Assembly: GCA_964443755.1 (NCBI GenBank)
Contig: CAYUEO010000001.1
Coordinates: 1 to 28,368, forward strand
Reading direction: 5' to 3'
Length of the DNA stretch: 28,368 nt
From: an uncultured Gammaproteobacteria bacterium
Lineage (GTDB): Bacteria; Patescibacteriota; Patescibacteriia; Patescibacteriales; UBA12465
Below the pieces are notes generated by a model. It did no database searches, was not told the origin of the DNA, and saw only the letters and a program-made list of their open reading frames with translations. This document shows positions 25,410 through 28,368 of the stretch, one piece after another. The position numbers and the translations under genes were made by a program. Positions within the stretch are counted from its first letter, which is position 1; each line of letters opens with the position of its first letter.

Positions 25410-26156
25410 ATGGAATCAATGGATTTTTCTAAAATATTAAGACGTAAGGCCGGTACTATATTTACTATAGTCTTCGTTAGCGTAATGTTAACTGTAGGTG
25501 TTTCACTCCTGTTTCCTTTAAGATATGGTTCAGAGTCACGTTTACTGGTGGTTCAGAATACTGCGGGCAGTGATCCATATGCTATTTCTCGATCAAATGA
25601 GTATTTAGGTAATGTGTTATCCCAAGTAGTTTATTCCGGTTCTTTTTATAACATGGTACTTGAATCTTCTTATAATATAGATCCAGCGTATTTCAATACG
25701 ACATACCGTGATCAGCTTAAAATTTGGAACAGAACAGTTAAAACCAGAACAGTTGGTGATACGGGAATTATAGAAATAAATGTTTATCATGTTAATCCTG
25801 ATCAAGCTCAACAGATTTCCTTAGCTATTAATGATATATTAATTAACAAAAATTCTTTATATCAGGGCGGGGGACAGAGCGTTAAAATTAATGTTATAGA
25901 TCAGCCTATAGTATCATCTTACCCGGTAAAACCAAATATTCCTCAGAATCTGGCGCTAGCCCTGTTTGGCAGTTTATTAATGGCGATTTTTTATGCATAT
26001 CTTTGGCCGGAGGAAAAATATAATCTTAGACTATGGAAAAGAAAATCAGTTAAAAAGTTAAAGACTGTCGGACACAGCATCCATTTAGATTATCTACCGG
26101 TTGAAGATAAAAATCAGTCCCGTCCGCAGGGTAACATCGGCAATATACTCAGATAA
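25410..26156 (+). CDS. Wzz/YveK(CpsC)-like polysaccharide chain-length regulator
   Basis: TM1, then P.RYGSESRLLV, an extracellular loop, VIDQP.VSSYPVKPN (Pro-rich motif) and TM2. No fused kinase. Confidence 0.82.
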   Translation: MESMDFSKILRRKAGTIFTIVFVSVMLTVGVSLLFPLRYGSESRLLVVQNTAGSDPYAISRSNEYLGNVLSQVVYSGSFYNMVLESSYNIDPAYFNTTYRDQLKIWNRTVKTRTVGDTGIIEINVYHVNPDQAQQISLAINDILINKNSLYQGGGQSVKINVIDQPIVSSYPVKPNIPQNLALALFGSLLMAIFYAYLWPEEKYNLRLWKRKSVKKLKTVGHSIHLDYLPVEDKNQSRPQGNIGNILR

Positions 26157-26240
26157 GGTTGATCCACTCAAAAATTGTAAATAATTAGAAGATAATTATT
26201 TGTACATTAATAAAAAACACCCCATAGGAGGGGGTTCATA

Positions 26241-27134
26241 ATGAAAGTAATCATAGTAGTGATGTGCCTGTCACTGGCTCTCTGGGCCCAGGAATATCCA
26301 TCTCCTCCCGATGAGGTGGTAAATGGAAATTCTAACTATACTATATTTAGTAATGTAAATGTAGTAGGGTTTGCGGGTCATTGGTGGCTCATGAAAAACC
26401 TTAAAAACAGAGGTTCGTGGAATGGTGTCTATATAGATGCTAGACTATCTGAATCTCGGCAGTTGAAAGGCATCTGGAGTTTAGGTGTCTACGGGTCAGC
26501 TGCTTGGTCTAGGTTTGAATCAAATTTAACCCGTTACTCTGCCCACACAGAAGAGTACGGAGCTGGAATAGTAATCGGTTATTATACCGAGCGCTTTTCC
26601 ATCAGAAGGCCTATGTTTTTAGGGACTAGTTTAGGGGTTAAGTATTCCTCTGATATAGGAGAAAGCGTTAAAAGAGCTGGAACCTATAGAGGGGTCCAAA
26701 ACGATGTTATATTAAGCCTTGGCTTTAATTTTAACATTGTTAAAACACCTCTACCTGGAGAAAACATGTGGCCCAGGACACAAGTACAAATTTCGCTCGA
26801 AAAACCGCATAAAACGGACCGAACAACTTCCTGGAACGGGGAAGAGTTTGAGTCCGACCAGTGGGATCGTACTTACGTGGATGTTATGGCTAGACAAAGC
26901 ATTATAGATTATTACTATAATGTTAAGCTGGTTATAACGCCAAAAGTTATAGCTGGTTATAGCCACAGCTTTGGCGACAACCAAGATAACTACGGTATTG
27001 GAGCAGAGTTATCTTTCCATAAACCTATGGAAGATGATTATTTGTCTCTTTACTGGATGCTCAAGAGTAATAGCAAGTTTGATCGCAATCTCTCAGTTGT
27101 AGGGATTAATATCAACTTTGCATTAATATTCTAG
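26241..27134 (+). CDS. Secreted orphan protein with outer-membrane beta-barrel-like pattern
   Basis: Signal peptide ending ALWA-Q, about 11-12 amphipathic strands and a C-terminal Phe; SD GGAGG. The ORF is confident; the fold is inferred. Confidence 0.55.
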   Translation: MKVIIVVMCLSLALWAQEYPSPPDEVVNGNSNYTIFSNVNVVGFAGHWWLMKNLKNRGSWNGVYIDARLSESRQLKGIWSLGVYGSAAWSRFESNLTRYSAHTEEYGAGIVIGYYTERFSIRRPMFLGTSLGVKYSSDIGESVKRAGTYRGVQNDVILSLGFNFNIVKTPLPGENMWPRTQVQISLEKPHKTDRTTSWNGEEFESDQWDRTYVDVMARQSIIDYYYNVKLVITPKVIAGYSHSFGDNQDNYGIGAELSFHKPMEDDYLSLYWMLKSNSKFDRNLSVVGININFALIF

Positions 27135-27156
27135 TAGTTCTAACTAGTAGTTCTAA
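27131..27156 (+). repeat. Perfect 13-bp tandem duplication CTAGTAGTTCTAA x2
   Basis: 27131-27143 is identical to 27144-27156 and spans the stop codon of the 26241 gene. Confidence 0.95.
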
Positions 27157-27203
27157 AAAGAAATTAACAAAATAAAATAACTAAAAAAAAGTCGAGGTAA
27201 GAA

Positions 27204-27980
27204 ATGAGAAGGAACATTATAATTGGTGTATCAGTAGTAGTCTTGTTGGTGATAGTCGGTTTAGTCTGTTTATCACAGTGTGGTGATAATAATTCAGAAA
27301 GAAGCGATAAAGAAATCGCGCTTCAGGCTGAACTAGACCATTACAAACGAATTGAAGCTGCTAAAGACTCTCTTCTGAAAGTTAAAGAAGCGGCAAGGCA
27401 AGACTCAATTCAAAAAGCCGATTTTACGAAAGAAATAATCGCAGCGGTTATGGACAGTTGCAATTGTAAGCCTAAAAAGCCTACAAAAAAAACTACTCCT
27501 AAAAAGGAAGTGGTTTACACTGCTCCTGTTCCAGCTCCAGTGGTAACTCCCGTTCCAGTAGTAACTCCGCCTGTTTCAGCGCCCGCCCCTGTAAAAGAGG
27601 AATCATATTCCCCCTCTACAGGTCTTGATGATATATATTACGAAGGAAAGGACCGTAATATATATTTCTGCGTGAACTATGATGGTAATCCCGGATGGCA
27701 TTTGCCTCACTTGGCCATGTTGACCGGCACCAAATTTGGAGAAAAAGCAGTATCCAATAACCAGTCTGGATATAATTTCAAAATAGCTCCAGAAAATATT
27801 TCAATTGGTTTTAAAGGAGATTTTGGAGTAACTACAGACGGGATCTTCTATGTTAAAGAAGATTTTGTAGATAGTTACAACCCGGACAGTGATGTATCTA
27901 TATACATCAAGACAACTGCTACCGGGTGGCAGTTACAAGAAATGAAACTAGATAACGGTTATTATATCTTTAAAAGATAG
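27204..27980 (+). CDS. Membrane-anchored orphan: N-terminal TM (possible lipoprotein), helical stalk, Lys/Pro-rich linker, C-terminal globular domain
   Basis: Hydrophobic IIIGVSVVVLLVIVGLVC, KDSLL/QDSIQ helix, SCNC, KPKKPTKKTTPKK, APVPAPVVTPVPVVTPP; SD GAGGT. Confidence 0.7.
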   Translation: MRRNIIIGVSVVVLLVIVGLVCLSQCGDNNSERSDKEIALQAELDHYKRIEAAKDSLLKVKEAARQDSIQKADFTKEIIAAVMDSCNCKPKKPTKKTTPKKEVVYTAPVPAPVVTPVPVVTPPVSAPAPVKEESYSPSTGLDDIYYEGKDRNIYFCVNYDGNPGWHLPHLAMLTGTKFGEKAVSNNQSGYNFKIAPENISIGFKGDFGVTTDGIFYVKEDFVDSYNPDSDVSIYIKTTATGWQLQEMKLDNGYYIFKR

Positions 27981-27993
27981 TTATCGTTATCGA

Positions 27994-28023
27994 GCCCCTA
28001 TATTTATAATATAGGGGTTTTTT
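27994..28023 (+). terminator. Intrinsic terminator
   Basis: CCCCTATATT-TAT-AATATAGGGG followed by T6. Confidence 0.88.
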
Positions 28024-28046
28024 ATTTTCTATTAATATAATTCAAC

Positions 28047-28082
28047 AAAAGAAAAAGGCTACTATCTAAATTGATAGTAGCC
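28047..28082 (-). terminator. Intrinsic terminator of the minus-strand gene
   Basis: GGCTACTATC-TAAATT-GATAGTAGCC preceded by AAAAGAAAAA, which is a U-tract on the minus strand. Confidence 0.85.
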
Positions 28083-28092
28083 CTGTATTTTA

Positions 28093-28368
28093 TTATTGAG
28101 AAATTCTCCAATATTGAACTTGTCCGCCGGCTGATTTCCCTAAACCAACCCTTTGAATATTTACTTTTATAACCTTTTCTGGTTGGTAATAAAAGGAAGA
28201 TTGATCTGCCTTGGGATTAAAAACAAGAGGAGAAGATATTTGATCTCCATAATTAAAATTCAATTTCAAAGTACCATTAGCCGGAATATTAGAGGCCAAT
28301 ATTTCTATTTTTCCCCAATCGTTTTGACCTTCTACAGCCGCCTGAACCAAGGGGGACTGGAAAACACC
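28093..28368 (-). CDS. 3' end of a hypothetical protein that runs off the window
   Basis: The frame stays open to the window edge (G-V-F-Q-S-P precede the TTG called as start) and is followed by its own terminator. Confidence 0.65.
   Translation of the reverse strand, partial: GVFQSPLVQAAVEGQNDWGKIEILASNIPANGTLKLNFNYGDQISSPLVFNPKADQSSFYYQPEKVIKVNIQRVGLGKSAGGQVQYWRISQ

Noticed and set aside
25617-25811. 64 aa minus-strand ORF
   Set aside because: Antisense to the Wzz-like gene.
26719-26984. Two short ORFs inside the barrel gene
   Set aside because: Alternative-frame or antisense, with no RBS or motifs.
26157-28092. Integron-like cassette array, suggested by consecutive orphan genes
   Set aside because: No attC-like inverted repeats with GTTRRRY cores seen, and no integrase in the window. 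The hairpins present look like ordinary terminators.
1-28368. tRNA, rRNA, CRISPR, IS elements, alternative genetic code
   Set aside because: No cloverleaf, repeat-spacer array or transposase ORF noticed by eye. TGA ends sufD and sufU, so code 25 is not indicated.

Overview
AT-rich bacterial chromosomal DNA in the standard genetic code (TGA is used as stop). By inference it comes from a Patescibacteria/CPR (Parcubacteria-like) genome. The cues are a stand-alone rplJ-rplL pair, shortened repair genes, a DUF4012-type gene, an HTH-nucleotidyltransferase gene, and mostly SD-less starts. Bases 1-10547 hold one tightly packed + strand run: sufC(partial)-sufB-sufD-sufS-sufU-uvrB-CYTH-uvrA-uvrC. All three Uvr proteins lack domains of the canonical enzymes. 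Next come a HAD hydrolase (-), a probable L10 leader with rplJ-rplL, and a large PP2C-like/TM/beta-propeller membrane protein (-) divergent from an HTH-NTase gene. A surface-glycan neighbourhood follows: DUF4012, cupin, MFS, secreted GH-like protein, O-antigen ligase/polymerase, two GT4s, a secreted propeller protein and a Wzz-like gene. The window ends with two orphan genes: a predicted outer-membrane-type beta-barrel and a Pro/Lys-rich membrane-tethered protein with Bacteroidota-like sequence signatures, then a partial gene. Near-consensus sigma70 promoters and intrinsic terminators are visible. I saw no tRNA, rRNA, CRISPR array or transposase. All calls come from motif reading only; no searches were run.
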